64,000 bases of DNA from Vairimorpha necatrix (lineage: Eukaryota). The position numbers and the translations under genes are program-made. Location of the stretch: the NCBI GenBank assembly GCA_036630325.1, contig CP142737.1, positions 744,001-808,000 on the forward strand, written 5' to 3'. The notes beneath the pieces were generated by a model. It was not told the origin of the DNA, ran no database searches, and worked only from the letters and a program-made list of their open reading frames with translations. Shown piece after piece: positions 1 through 11,752 of this stretch. The first letter of the stretch is position 1. Each line of letters begins with the position of its first letter.

Positions 1-1557
1 TGTAGTGATTGTAGTGAAGATGCAGTAGTACTAGAAGGGCATCAAGGATACAAATACCTTTGAATAACAGAGGATGCCTCTAGTGCTGTCAAAAGAGAGA
101 CTTTTGAAAAAGTAAGAAATGAGATCCTACAGAGGGTTGAAAAACTGTGCAAGACTCAATTAAATGGTAAGAATATGATTCGAGCTATAAACGAGCGTGC
201 AATAATAGTAACAAACTATCATGTAGAATTAAAATTAGAACCAATAGATTTCAAAAATCTTGATTTTGATATCCGACTGGTATGTATTAAGTACAAGTTT
301 TATCTACAGCCATTTTGCAAGGAAAGAACATGCATACTCTTATCCGAAAAAGAAAAACCCTTTATAATTATAAGAGAAAAGCGAAAATATGCTTCTGAAT
401 ATTTATAAAACATTAGAGGGGTCTAGAAATAGCACACTAAGGCGGGCAGCGATACTTAAAGTAGAGGCGAAAGCAAATCCCACTTGTTTACAATTAACGA
501 GCATCTAAGGATTAGGTATAGCTTTGTAGGAGAGATAACCCAGAAGATGCTAATCGAATTCCAAAATGAAGCGCGTTACAACAAAATTAACATAAGGACA
601 AACCATGGAAAGTTGTCTGAAGCTAGGGACAATGATTTAGTAAGCTTTAGGGAGTTTCTACCTTTCTGGTTAAAGGAAACAATCAGGCTAGATTCGAAGC
701 AATTTATTGCTTCCTACAGGATAAAAATATCTTCTGTGGACAAGAGGGGTAATGTCCATATTGCGGATCTCACAGGAAGACCGTATATCATTTAGCTACC
801 AAGTGCGATCGAATGCTGGGTTTTGATTATATGAAAAGACACAATGAGGTAGTTAGATGCATTCATCTCTTACTATGTATTAAATATGGGGTTAAGAAGA
901 CAAAGAAAATACGTGGACACTTAGTACAAGAGATCATGGAAAATGATCGTGCAGAAATAAGAGTAGATACTAGAATATTCACTAGTATAAAGGTGATCCA
1001 TGAGAAGCCATGATATTCTTGTGTTTGACAAGAATAAGAAAGAAATTTTAATAGTTGAAGTTGGTATAACCAACCAGGGTCGACTTACTATAGTTGAGAA
1101 TAAAAAACTAAGAAAATATGACCTTTTTGCAAATGAACTGGGACTAATACATAAATTCCGGACTAGAATAGTTCCTTATGTAATGACATGGGATGGAGTA
1201 GGGGCGAAATATCACAGAAAGTACATCAGGGAGCTAGAAATCCAACCCTACCTGGAAGCATACATCCAGTCTATTGTGATGAAGAAGACTCTAGAGTCCA
1301 TCTCTTTGGAACGACGACGAGGATACGATCAGGAGGATGCAGGAGAAGAAGAAGTGGCCAGAGCTGTAGCCGCACTAGCAAATATGGCGACTGTTAAAGA
1401 AATGGTGTCGGCAAAGGGGAATGAAGCTGAAAAAGTAAAGTTTGAAAACATTAATAATTCCACAGAAACCAAAGTCTATGAAGAGCTAAATCCCATGAGC
1501 GATACCGGGGAAAGCTGTGCTATAATATCTAATTTTAATGACAAATTAACTCAATAA
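1..1557 (+). mobile_element. Degenerate non-LTR retrotransposon of the restriction-like endonuclease (RLE) type, C-terminal part; runs off the window's left edge
   Basis: Frameshifted ORFs 175-1557 join up to a post-RT region, a CCHC knuckle (CPYCGSHRKTVYHLATKC, ~752-806), the YMKRHN motif and a PD-(D/E)xK nuclease (KP/DILVFDKNKKEILIVEVG...KLRKY...IVPYVMTWDG). Confidence 0.85.
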
Positions 1558-1939
1558 ATCTTTTATATTATCTAGAAAATGCATTATTATGCAATCTTGA
1601 AATAAATTAAAAAAGAAAAGAAATTTAACAATTATGTGGTAGAATATCACATCAAGATAGCAAAAAGAAACGATAAACATCAACCCTATCATAACTGAAG
1701 GATTGGAAATCTTGACGACGCAATCGTGCTCTTAATTATGCTTCTAACATGGCTTATCGAGCGATATCAAATTCGTTCCACTTTTATAGCCATGCGTATC
1801 TTTTTTTGTAAGTAAAAGAAGATGAGGTTTTTTGATACAATGCAGAAGTTTTTATGTACAGAGTTTTCCTCTAACTGATATTCCAAGATCTTACCCATCT
1901 AAACATCATTTATAAATATAAAATATTTTATTTGGGCAT

Positions 1940-2210
1940 AATAATATCTTACTTACTAAGCACTTTTCACAAGATGTCTTACACGTCTCGTCTTACAGTT
2001 TTCGGAGTTTCTTCTTGAATTCCTGCAATGGACTCTCAAATACTCCTTGCTGATCAGTATCGAGCCCATGTCTGACTGACATAGCCGGGCTTTCTAAAGT
2101 CATTTTAAGGACTGAAGTTTGTATATAAGCTTCAGTTCTGGGTTCTGATATGATTTATGAAATTAATTATTTCATTCAAGTCTTGCGTATCAGTTCTAAC
2201 CTCGCCGTTG
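1940..2210 (-). mobile_element. RLE non-LTR retrotransposon 3' fragment (subfamily B)
   Basis: Reverse complement reads TAAAATGACTTTAGAAAGCCCGGCTATGTCAGTCAGACATGGGCTCGATACTGATCAG..., matching 19405-19550 and 56881-57020. Confidence 0.75.
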
Positions 2211-5200
2211 AAAAACAATTAGTACCAATACTCATATGTTGATACAACTATAGACTGCGTATATATTTTTGCCGCGACGTAAATGATTCGATTAGAGTTA
2301 TTATCTACATACAGAGCGTACTCGCCTTCTTCTCGCGCATACTCGTTAAGGCTCCCATAATCTACGTTTTATGTACTGAATTTGACACTAAATCTTATTA
2401 AATTTCTGCCGGTGTTCGCAAAATCGTGTAGAATAGTTTTCCTGGTATTCCGCTTGCACTTAGTCTAATACACAAGTTAAGTCGCTGATTTTTTTTTGGT
2501 GCAATGCCAAAGGTCTTTTATAACCTAAATTGTATTTACATTCATTGTAGTAGTAAAGAATTTACAATTTTTGGATTTAATTGTGTTTAAACAAAAAGTT
2601 GCCTTTAAGACTGAACGCATACAATTTAATGTACAAACGCTGTGATGTATATTACTACATCACATAGGCAGCTGTCAAAACGATCAGAGGTCAAGACTAT
2701 CAACCGGCGAAATACTCAATTGGCCTGTAAAAAAGAGTTACACAAACATCCAAACAAACGAAAGTTGCATGGTCGATACTACATTCATAAGTACGCCAAT
2801 GTTTGTGTTTAGTGTTGACAAAAAATAATAAATTAAAAATAAAATATAAAAGAAAACTTTCAAATAAGAGTACGCAAAAGTGAACAAAATCGACCTTTAA
2901 ATAATCACAGCAAAGATTATAATAAACATAATTAAAGTAATTACATAAAAAACGATATAAAGTTTTACTATAAAATTGGCCATGTGCCCCGGATACATGA
3001 CAACGTATATACATTTTTTTCATTCTAAAGTACAAACTTCCTAGTCGTAAAAAAATGAATTATGCTTGTCAGTTATCAAGCCCGTTATTTGTATTATATT
3101 AAATTGAGAACACTAAGTCGGCGTTTTAATCTACCATAAATAGTTTATATTGCTTTTTTCCAAATCACCAGGCAAATTGTAATGCGTTTTGTGTTTTAAG
3201 ATGAAATGCTATTTGAAATATAGCATTAGTGTTTTGCTTTTTTTCTGTGCTTATTCTTTACGCCTTAAATATTGTCGTTTCTTCGATGATTTTTTTTACA
3301 AATATATTTCCAAATTGTAAGCTATCTTATTTTTCATGGGATACTATTATAAATAGCTATTTTATGGATCTTTGTATCTATACAGATGAACAACGAACTA
3401 TCTCATAAAATTTAATGAAGTGTTAAGTTAATTCTTGTATATTAATTTTAGTTTAGAATAAACAATTCTAGTTTTGTAGTAATAGTCCTAATATAACGCA
3501 CGATAGTTATAAAATACTATTTCAGATGTCGAAATTTTAAATAAAAATGGAATATATGATATGATATAGTCTTCTAATATTATCCCGCATTTTGTAAAGT
3601 TATACTATTGGCAATTAAATATGTATCGGCAATCTCTGTTTTTTGGCGCACAACAAACAACCTCCCATAATGCTTTAACTTTTCCGCTGTCTAGACGTAT
3701 AAAAATTATAAAATTTATTGTAAAACTACATATTTCTAATATAATTTATTAATGGTTGCTTTCCCTCGTCTTACGTGTTACTAAATGGACTTATATATCC
3801 TCTGTCATGCGTTTTTGGTTCTTCATGTCTGATCAAAAGCTACCTTTTCTTAATACCTGTCACATTAACATTTATTAAACGCCTTATATAGTAAGTGTAT
3901 TTAACTCTTACTGTTTTAATTTAACCAAGTTCAATTTGTCACTTTATCATAAAGATTGCATGTAAAAATATATTTTTTTTAAATATAATCACAACATCAA
4001 CAATAAATTAAAAAATTATAAAAAACTAATGAAGTTTTTTATTTTTTGTTAAGATTATTGTTTCAAATATTGACTTTGAAAAATAAAATCATTTTCTTAT
4101 TTTTTTTCTAAAATTAATTTTTTAACGAGAAGGAAATGATGACACGCAGAGGAAAATGGAAACCTTATTTGAGGTTTTAAACTATACAAAATTTGATTTC
4201 GGCCGCATGTTGAAGAAGTTTTTTGCAAGAAAAACACCATTATAAAAAACAAAGTAAAGAGTATATTCGGGATTTTTATGATTTTTTCATAATACATCAA
4301 ATACATATAAAAATAATTTTAGAATACTATATACTAGATATTTTCTTTCTGTTTTGTCTAGATATCACCAGATATGCATTGCGTAAGTTATAATCTTTTT
4401 TATTCAAAAAAGAAATTTAAATGCGTCTAATTTAAAATAATTTAAAAATAGAAAAAAACTTATCTTTAAAATGAATTTACTAGACAGTTAAACTGTAAAA
4501 AAATGTTAATGAAATAATTATATAAATATATGTGGTTGAAAACTAAATCGTTGCACCGTTGTCAAAAGGAAATAATATGTGCACATATTGCTATTAGTTA
4601 AAGTTCAAAAATAATTTATGAGAAACTATGGCTTTTGCTTTAGTATTGCATATGAATTAGCTTAAAATTTGCGAAATAAAAGGTAATATCTAGTTGGAAA
4701 GTTTTTCTACACGGAGTACAACGCCGTGTAGATGTTACTTTATTTAAATTTAAAGAACGGATAAAAATTTTTCGACTTTTATTGAAGAAATCAAGTAAAT
4801 TAAAAAAGCAATTTGAAGCTTGCTAACAGCTATCACTAAAACATGTGATTTATATATTTTTAAAGGCTTATGTATTTTTTACGTACCTATAGTTTTACAA
4901 TCAAAAACTCTAAACATTTAGATAATTGTATAGAAATACAATTGAAATCATGAAACACTAGAAAAGGTAATTACAAAGAATCATTGAACAAAATATAACA
5001 GAATAATTCTAGTACGTATTATGTTTCAACAAATTAGAATGTTTTTTGATATCACAATATTAGCATATAGTCTGTAGAACTTCTTCAAAAAGACTATTCA
5101 TTTATAAGACAAAAAATTAAGCCACTAAGTATTGAAAATATAAAAAAAATGTATATATATTGCATAAAAACTTTTGTATAAAAACAATTTGAAGACTACA

Positions 5201-6869
5201 GCAGCAGTGAATTTTAAAATATGGGCAAATTTAAACTTTCCACAAAATTCGAACATAAAGATTGAAGATATATTTGTTGGGAACAAATAAAAAAAGTAGT
5301 ATACGTCTAAAGGCGGCGCTTTACAAATAATAAAAGTCAGAACGCCTATTGCAAATAGTTTATTTTACAGGGAATGAGCAAGTGAGCACCAGAAAGTCTT
5401 TTGTCAATTTGTCCAAAATAAACAGACATCTATATCCTAGCAATTTATTGCTATATATATATGATGAAAATCTTTGCTGTGTCCAAAGGGACAATTTTCC
5501 TACCATGGGTACCTGAATAAGACAGCTGATAATTCAGATAGCTAGAATATCAAATATGAAAATAAGATAATATGAAAAGAGACAATGTAGTATAAGAAAA
5601 TTTTCCCCTTATATTATGTATTAGATATGGCCATGAAGTTTAAAATATACGCTGACACATAGTGCAGGAAAACATGGTCATAATTAGATAAGGTGAGATA
5701 GACGGGCGCAACAGTCTGGCCCGGACTTTTTTTCTCACAAAAAATGCGTCAAAAGAAAATAAAATATTTTATAACAAACTCATTTAAAAAACTATAATTA
5801 AATGAAAAAGTATCTATAACTCTAGATATTTTATAAAATGCAAATAAAAACGGCATTTAACTCTTAAAAAAATATCGGTATATTATATTCTCAGACATTT
5901 TTTACGTACACAATTCACATTAAGATGTGATCGGACTCATTCTATTAAATTAGTAGTTTTTCCTCTATGTTTTCATAACCTTTATCAAAACAACGCGGCG
6001 CTCGTCTTTGATTGATTCGACTATTTTGGGCTAGAATCAATGACTTCAAAGTCAACAAGTCAAATCATTTTTTTATATATTTTTTAGAAACGTATCATTA
6101 TAAGCATAATACATTCCTATATTATTCCGGTTCTTACTTTCAATGTTCGTGCATCTATTGTCATACTAATCAAGTCAATTTTCAATAATGTCATATCTTC
6201 GGTCGCAAAACTAAAAAATTTTCACTTTTAATTGTCGTTTCGGTGTCCTTTTTCACTTCATACCTCAATTTTTAATTTTTGCTATTTTCTTTTTTTAATG
6301 ATTTGTAGGTTATTTTTAGCTTCGAAGACGTTAGAAGTATCACATATGAAATTTTATAGGTAAATCAAGGGTTTTCTCGATTAAAAAATACAACCTATAC
6401 CCATAAATATCAATAGCTATTCGCTAGTATAGAAATTGTTAAATTAAACCTAAACTTTATTTCTACGTCCTTCCATCCCGAAATTTGTACTTGTAGCATT
6501 CAATTTAAGAATTGTCTGCATTTATATTCTCCGCGATTATTCCGTAAATTTTAATGTTATTTTTTCATTTAATTGTATCAATTCATATTTTACCATCCAT
6601 TTGGTTCTTAGGTATGTTTGACACATTGTCAAGAGATTAGATATACTGTAAGTCGAAGCTCTTTTAAAATATTTAATAACTCAAAAAAAGTTAATTTTGT
6701 GCTGATACAAATCTGTATAATATCGACTTCTAACTATATTATTCGCTAACACTTACTTACATTAGGTTTGTTTTTAGATTTGAAACATAAAAAAATGGGG
6801 AGTCTGGGCTCTGACCGTTGGGAGATGTTTACGATAAATTTTACAAGTATACTAATAAGTTATCATTAG

Positions 6870-7330
6870 GTCAATGCTTTTTTGTTTATGTAAAAATAAA
6901 AGAGAAATGTCGATAGTTGAAGTTACTATAACTAACTGGATCGGCTTATTTTATTCGAGAAGAAAAGCTCGCACGTGAAATTTTTGCAAACTACGCGGTT
7001 TAATACATAATCCGTACAACAATAGTCCCATATGTAATGATATAGAACAAATTAGAGACCAAATACAACAAAAAAAACATTGGTAGCTGTTAAGCCATCG
7101 GACATGTGGCACATAACCAGTCTATTGTGCGGGGAAAGATTTTAGTATCTACTTTTGGAATAAACGACGAAAATTTTATTAGAAGATGCCGGAGAGAAAA
7201 GGCTACCAGATATATAAGTGCATTAGCTTGAAGGCAACTGCAAAAATGGTGTTTGTAGAAGGGGAGACTAGTATATTATAGAGCTTGAAAACACAAAAGA
7301 TACCCACTGACAAAATCTGTGAGGAGCAAA
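6870..7330 (+). mobile_element. Highly decayed RLE non-LTR retrotransposon 3' fragment (subfamily A)
   Basis: Residual IVEVTITN, RTTIVPYVM, QSIV and EDAGE coding pieces colinear with 1050-1400. Confidence 0.6.
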
Positions 7331-7694
7331 ATCCAAGAACGACACCAAAAATATATATGACAATAGTATTAATATAAAAGAAAAAATGGACTTAATAGTG
7401 TATTTAAATAAAACAAAATGGTTGTGGCTATGTTCATATACTTCAAAGTATTTACAAAAAAACGTTTCATATTATGATGGAACACCTCTTGTCTTTTTTC
7501 TTTATCTTCAACTTCGCATTAGCAGCGTAGTCAATGAGATATAAGGGCTTTTAAAAATTTTATCCCTATAAAAATATCTTTAAGCCCATCACATTTATGC
7601 GCAATGGTTAAACTTTATGCTCTATATGTACATGTATCCTAGAATGGGATTTTTCCGCGGCTTAATCTACGTTTTCTGTATATATAGATGGAAG

Positions 7695-7922
7695 TGTGGT
7701 ATTACAACCACATGTAAAATTCCATTTTCCCAAAATGGAATTTCTTAAATATTTTTTTTAAAAAATATTATTTTTCGACCCCAACAAAAAGAAAGAAGTA
7801 GATGCAGAAAAACAACAATAAACATTTTTTAAATAATAAACAAACAAGGCCCAAGGAGCCGTTTACAAGTAGTTTGCTAGAGGCCTACTTTCAACGAGGG
7901 TTCATCCCTCGTGACCACCTCA
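7695..7922 (+). repeat. 5' LTR of element 1
   Basis: Appears identical by eye to 11525-11752. Confidence 0.95.
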
Positions 7923-8764
7923 AGTTGAATTCAACGAGGAAAACTCATATCAAAGATGAAAAGAAAGAAAAAGAACATACAGAATTTGAAAAAAATATAC
8001 AAGGAACTGCAGTTAAGAGCAAAGTAAAAATTTATAACATTTATGATATTCAACAAGATTTAACCATAAATCAACTCCAAAAATTTGAGATGTTAGCTAA
8101 AGCAAATGATTGGAATGACGAACAAATGGCTTTGATTTACATGGATTGTATACACGATCCAAGAAAAGATTATTTACCATCAGATTCTTATATTGCATTA
8201 AGAAAGTCACTGTTGAATTTTATTTATCCACCGGAACAAAAAAGACATGCGATACGTGAATTAGATAATACAAGCCAAATAAGTTATTTTAGTATCAAAG
8301 AATATAAAGAAACAATCGAGGAAAGACTTAACAGTTATTCATATTATAATGATCTAAAAAAAAGAGAAGCCCTGCATAAAATGGAAGAAGTATTTTTAAA
8401 GGGACTAGGAGATTTCACACATTTAGAATTAACAAGACAAAATATGATAAGTAAGGAAATTTATGAAATTTATAATTACCTTGTTCTAATAGAAAATGAA
8501 ATTTTAACTAAAGTCGAGAAACCCAATACCCATTATGAAAAAGAAAATTTTGATTATAACAGAAATACTCAATTTAATAACCCGAAATGGTGCTCACTTC
8601 ATAAGAGTAACTATACTCATGATACCAGGCGTTGTTACGCCTTACAGAATAAAAAAAGATTGCCTGAATTTGCAGATCACAAGGATAAAAATATGATTAT
8701 TAAACAACGTAGCCAATGTCCCGAAGACATTACTGTAATAGGAAAAATAGGTAATAGGATGTGA
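7802..8764 (+). CDS. gag: Gag-like protein
   Basis: 320-aa ORF upstream of pol with a WCSLH...HDTRRC zinc-knuckle variant; starts inside the LTR. Confidence 0.8.
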   Translation: MQKNNNKHFLNNKQTRPKEPFTSSLLEAYFQRGFIPRDHLKLNSTRKTHIKDEKKEKEHTEFEKNIQGTAVKSKVKIYNIYDIQQDLTINQLQKFEMLAKANDWNDEQMALIYMDCIHDPRKDYLPSDSYIALRKSLLNFIYPPEQKRHAIRELDNTSQISYFSIKEYKETIEERLNSYSYYNDLKKREALHKMEEVFLKGLGDFTHLELTRQNMISKEIYEIYNYLVLIENEILTKVEKPNTHYEKENFDYNRNTQFNNPKWCSLHKSNYTHDTRRCYALQNKKRLPEFADHKDKNMIIKQRSQCPEDITVIGKIGNRM

Positions 8765-11514
8765 AAATGCTATTAGATAGCGGATCAAGGAGAAATTATA
8801 TTACTAAAAGCGCAGTTAATGAATTTAATTTAAAGAAAGAAGAATGTGCTAGAATTAAAACCATTTTTGGAAATAATGAAACAGCAGAATCCAATGAAAT
8901 GGTCAATACTGTTGTTACGATAAAAGAAAAACCTTTTGAAGTAAAATTTTGCGTTTTAGAAAAATTACCCGTTAATTTTGTTCTAGGGAACGAATTTCTT
9001 GACATGCATTGTGCAAAGTTAGATTACGCCGAAGGAACGGTAGAATTAGATGGACTACGAATTGACATGGTACATAAAGAGGGAAATGCTGAGGAATTGC
9101 TAGATAAAGAAATAGTTAATAAATTATGTCAGGTTAGCGAAAGCGAAGAATTTAATAAACTATTAGACTTCTATATTAAAGAAAACAAAAAATTTACCTC
9201 TATGAAAACAAACCTAGCTTCGTTTAATGTAATACAACCAGTTTTAAAAACAAAGAAGATTACCTATACAGTTCCATTTAAATATATTGAAAAGGCGAAA
9301 ATGGAAATTAAAAGACTTTTAGATGCAGATATAATTGAAAAGAGTTCTTCTGATATAATAAGCCCTGCATTTTTTATAGAAAAGAAAAATAAAGATTTAC
9401 GTTTAGTAGTAGATTATAGGGAAGTAAATAAAGCTTTACAAGATGACCCATGGATATTGCCCAAAATTGAGGATTGTCTAACAATAATGGGATCTAACAA
9501 ATTTTTTACGCAGATTGATTTAAGTAACGGATTTAATCAGATAAAAATAGATGAACAAAGCAAGAAATATACATCGTTTTTTTTATTAGGACAACAGTGG
9601 CAATACAAGAGAATTCCCTTTGGAATTAAGCCCGGTCCAAAATTATTTCAAAGAAATATTTCAAACATTTTAGGAGATTTCGATAATGTATTTGTTTTCA
9701 TAGATGATATTGTGATTTATAATAAAACAAAAGAAAGTCATTTAATTTCCGTAGAAAAAATACTAGAAACTTTATATAGCAAAAATGTCCAAATAAATTT
9801 CGAAAAATCGAAGTTTTTTCAACCAGAAATTGAAGTTTTGGGTTACAAAATAAATCACGAAGGAATTTTTCCAAAAACTAATTATTTAAATAATAGAATA
9901 TTCGAGAAAGAAATAAGAACGAAAAAGGATTTACAAAAACTGTTAGGAGTGATAAACTGGTACAGAAAGTTTATTCCAGATCTTTCGATAAGGATTAATA
10001 AATTAACAGATATGTTAAAAAACAAGAATGAAAATAAAATTAAAATAACGACCGAAATGAGAAAGGAAGTTGACAGAATTAAAGAGTGGATTTTAGGTAA
10101 TCATATGTTATCATTTCCCGATTACAATGGTAAATTTACATTACACGTTGACGCGAGCGAAATAGGTTTAGGAAGTACACTAACACAAAAGGATAAAATC
10201 ATTAGATATTATAGTAAAAAATTTTCTGGTCCAGAATTAAATTACAGTATTGTTGAGAAGGAATTTTTGGCAATTGTTTTATCTATGCTCAATTTTAAAA
10301 ACATAATCCAAGGATCTTATGTAGAGATTTATACTGATAGTAAAAATTGTATCTATGAAAATAAAATAGAAACATCAAGAATCAATAGATGGAAATTGTT
10401 GTTAAATGAATTTAGTTTTTCACTAAATCATATAGATGGTAATAAAAATTGTATGGCAGATAATCTATCAAGAAATTTCATTGGAATCGGAAATAATGAA
10501 AACAATAATCACGAAGAAATTATTAAACTAAACCAAGAATGTTGTCTCAGAGACAAAAACGGTAACTTTATATTTGATAAAGAAAAGCGCTACATAGTTA
10601 AATTTAACCAAGTAAAAAAATTTATATCATTTATGCATGAATTTGGACTTCATAGAGGAATTTCTACCCTATATTACAATATAAAGCGCTATTACTATAT
10701 AAAACGAATCTTTAAAGAAATAAGAAATACCATTAGCCAATGTAAAATTTGTGGAATTTATAAAAATAAGCATCCTAAAAAATATATCACTGGTAATATA
10801 GTAGCACAAAGAAAATTTGAAAAGGTAAGTACCGATATTTTCGGCCCTTTTAGTCTTGATAATTTTATTACTTCAGAAAGGAAAGAGGTAGGATATATCC
10901 TTACCATGACGGATATATATTCCCGATATACTAAACTTTATTTCTTATACACTATAAATTCAGACTCGGTGTTAAGATGTTTTGAAAATTGGATTACAAC
11001 TTTTGGGAAACCAACATCTATAATTTCAGACAATGGACGCCAGTTTATAAGTAACACAACTAAAGATTATTTAATAAAAGAAAAAATACTACATACCTTG
11101 ATACCCTCATACACACCAAGCTCTAATGGTGTATCGGAAGCAATAAATAAAACAATTTCATTCGCCCTGAGCTTCAACAAAGGTTTAAATATACGAGAAG
11201 TCGTTATGAAGGCAGAAAATGCGATTAATTTCAATTATAATAGAACGATAAAATCTTCTCCATTTTCAATCATTAATGGATTTAATATTTATGACCCATT
11301 ACAGAGAGATTACAATCATATTAGTGTCTTAAAAGAAGAAAAAATCTATTTGGTAAAAGTTGGAGACATTTGTAGGGAAAGAATATATAATGCTAAAAAA
11401 TTAGGACCAAAATGGAGCAAGAGGAAGAAGGTATTATGTGTTGGCAATAAAGGGTACTGGATTAAACTGAAGGGAAATAGTGGATGGACGCATATTAAGA
11501 ACATTAAACTCTAA
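8761..11514 (+). CDS. pol: Pol polyprotein (PR, RT, RNase H, integrase)
   Basis: LLDSGS protease, FIDD RT, DAS...EKE...YTD RNase H, HHCC and D..D-NG..E integrase motifs. Confidence 0.95.
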   Translation: MKMLLDSGSRRNYITKSAVNEFNLKKEECARIKTIFGNNETAESNEMVNTVVTIKEKPFEVKFCVLEKLPVNFVLGNEFLDMHCAKLDYAEGTVELDGLRIDMVHKEGNAEELLDKEIVNKLCQVSESEEFNKLLDFYIKENKKFTSMKTNLASFNVIQPVLKTKKITYTVPFKYIEKAKMEIKRLLDADIIEKSSSDIISPAFFIEKKNKDLRLVVDYREVNKALQDDPWILPKIEDCLTIMGSNKFFTQIDLSNGFNQIKIDEQSKKYTSFFLLGQQWQYKRIPFGIKPGPKLFQRNISNILGDFDNVFVFIDDIVIYNKTKESHLISVEKILETLYSKNVQINFEKSKFFQPEIEVLGYKINHEGIFPKTNYLNNRIFEKEIRTKKDLQKLLGVINWYRKFIPDLSIRINKLTDMLKNKNENKIKITTEMRKEVDRIKEWILGNHMLSFPDYNGKFTLHVDASEIGLGSTLTQKDKIIRYYSKKFSGPELNYSIVEKEFLAIVLSMLNFKNIIQGSYVEIYTDSKNCIYENKIETSRINRWKLLLNEFSFSLNHIDGNKNCMADNLSRNFIGIGNNENNNHEEIIKLNQECCLRDKNGNFIFDKEKRYIVKFNQVKKFISFMHEFGLHRGISTLYYNIKRYYYIKRIFKEIRNTISQCKICGIYKNKHPKKYITGNIVAQRKFEKVSTDIFGPFSLDNFITSERKEVGYILTMTDIYSRYTKLYFLYTINSDSVLRCFENWITTFGKPTSIISDNGRQFISNTTKDYLIKEKILHTLIPSYTPSSNGVSEAINKTISFALSFNKGLNIREVVMKAENAINFNYNRTIKSSPFSIINGFNIYDPLQRDYNHISVLKEEKIYLVKVGDICRERIYNAKKLGPKWSKRKKVLCVGNKGYWIKLKGNSGWTHIKNIKL

Positions 11515-11524
11515 GGGGGCAGAA

Positions 11525-11752
11525 TGTGGTATTACAACCACATGTAAAATTCCATTTTCCCAAAATGGAATTTCTTAAATATTTTTTTTAAAAAATATTA
11601 TTTTTCGACCCCAACAAAAAGAAAGAAGTAGATGCAGAAAAACAACAATAAACATTTTTTAAATAATAAACAAACAAGGCCCAAGGAGCCGTTTACAAGT
11701 AGTTTGCTAGAGGCCTACTTTCAACGAGGGTTCATCCCTCGTGACCACCTCA
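11525..11752 (+). repeat. 3' LTR of element 1
   Basis: Direct repeat of 7695-7922 following the PPT. Confidence 0.95.

Larger units (their letters stand above)
7695..11752 (+). mobile_element. Full-length Ty3/Gypsy LTR retrotransposon (element 1)
   Basis: 228-bp TG...CA LTRs, 5-bp TSD GGAAG (7690-7694 and 11753-11757), PPT AAGGGGGCAGAA, domain order PR-RT-RH-IN. Confidence 0.97.

Noticed and set aside
2250-5600. Possible decayed genes (CLDV ricin-lectin-like word near 2750; coding-like composition at 4.6-5.6 kb)
   Set aside because: Too fragmentary to support any call
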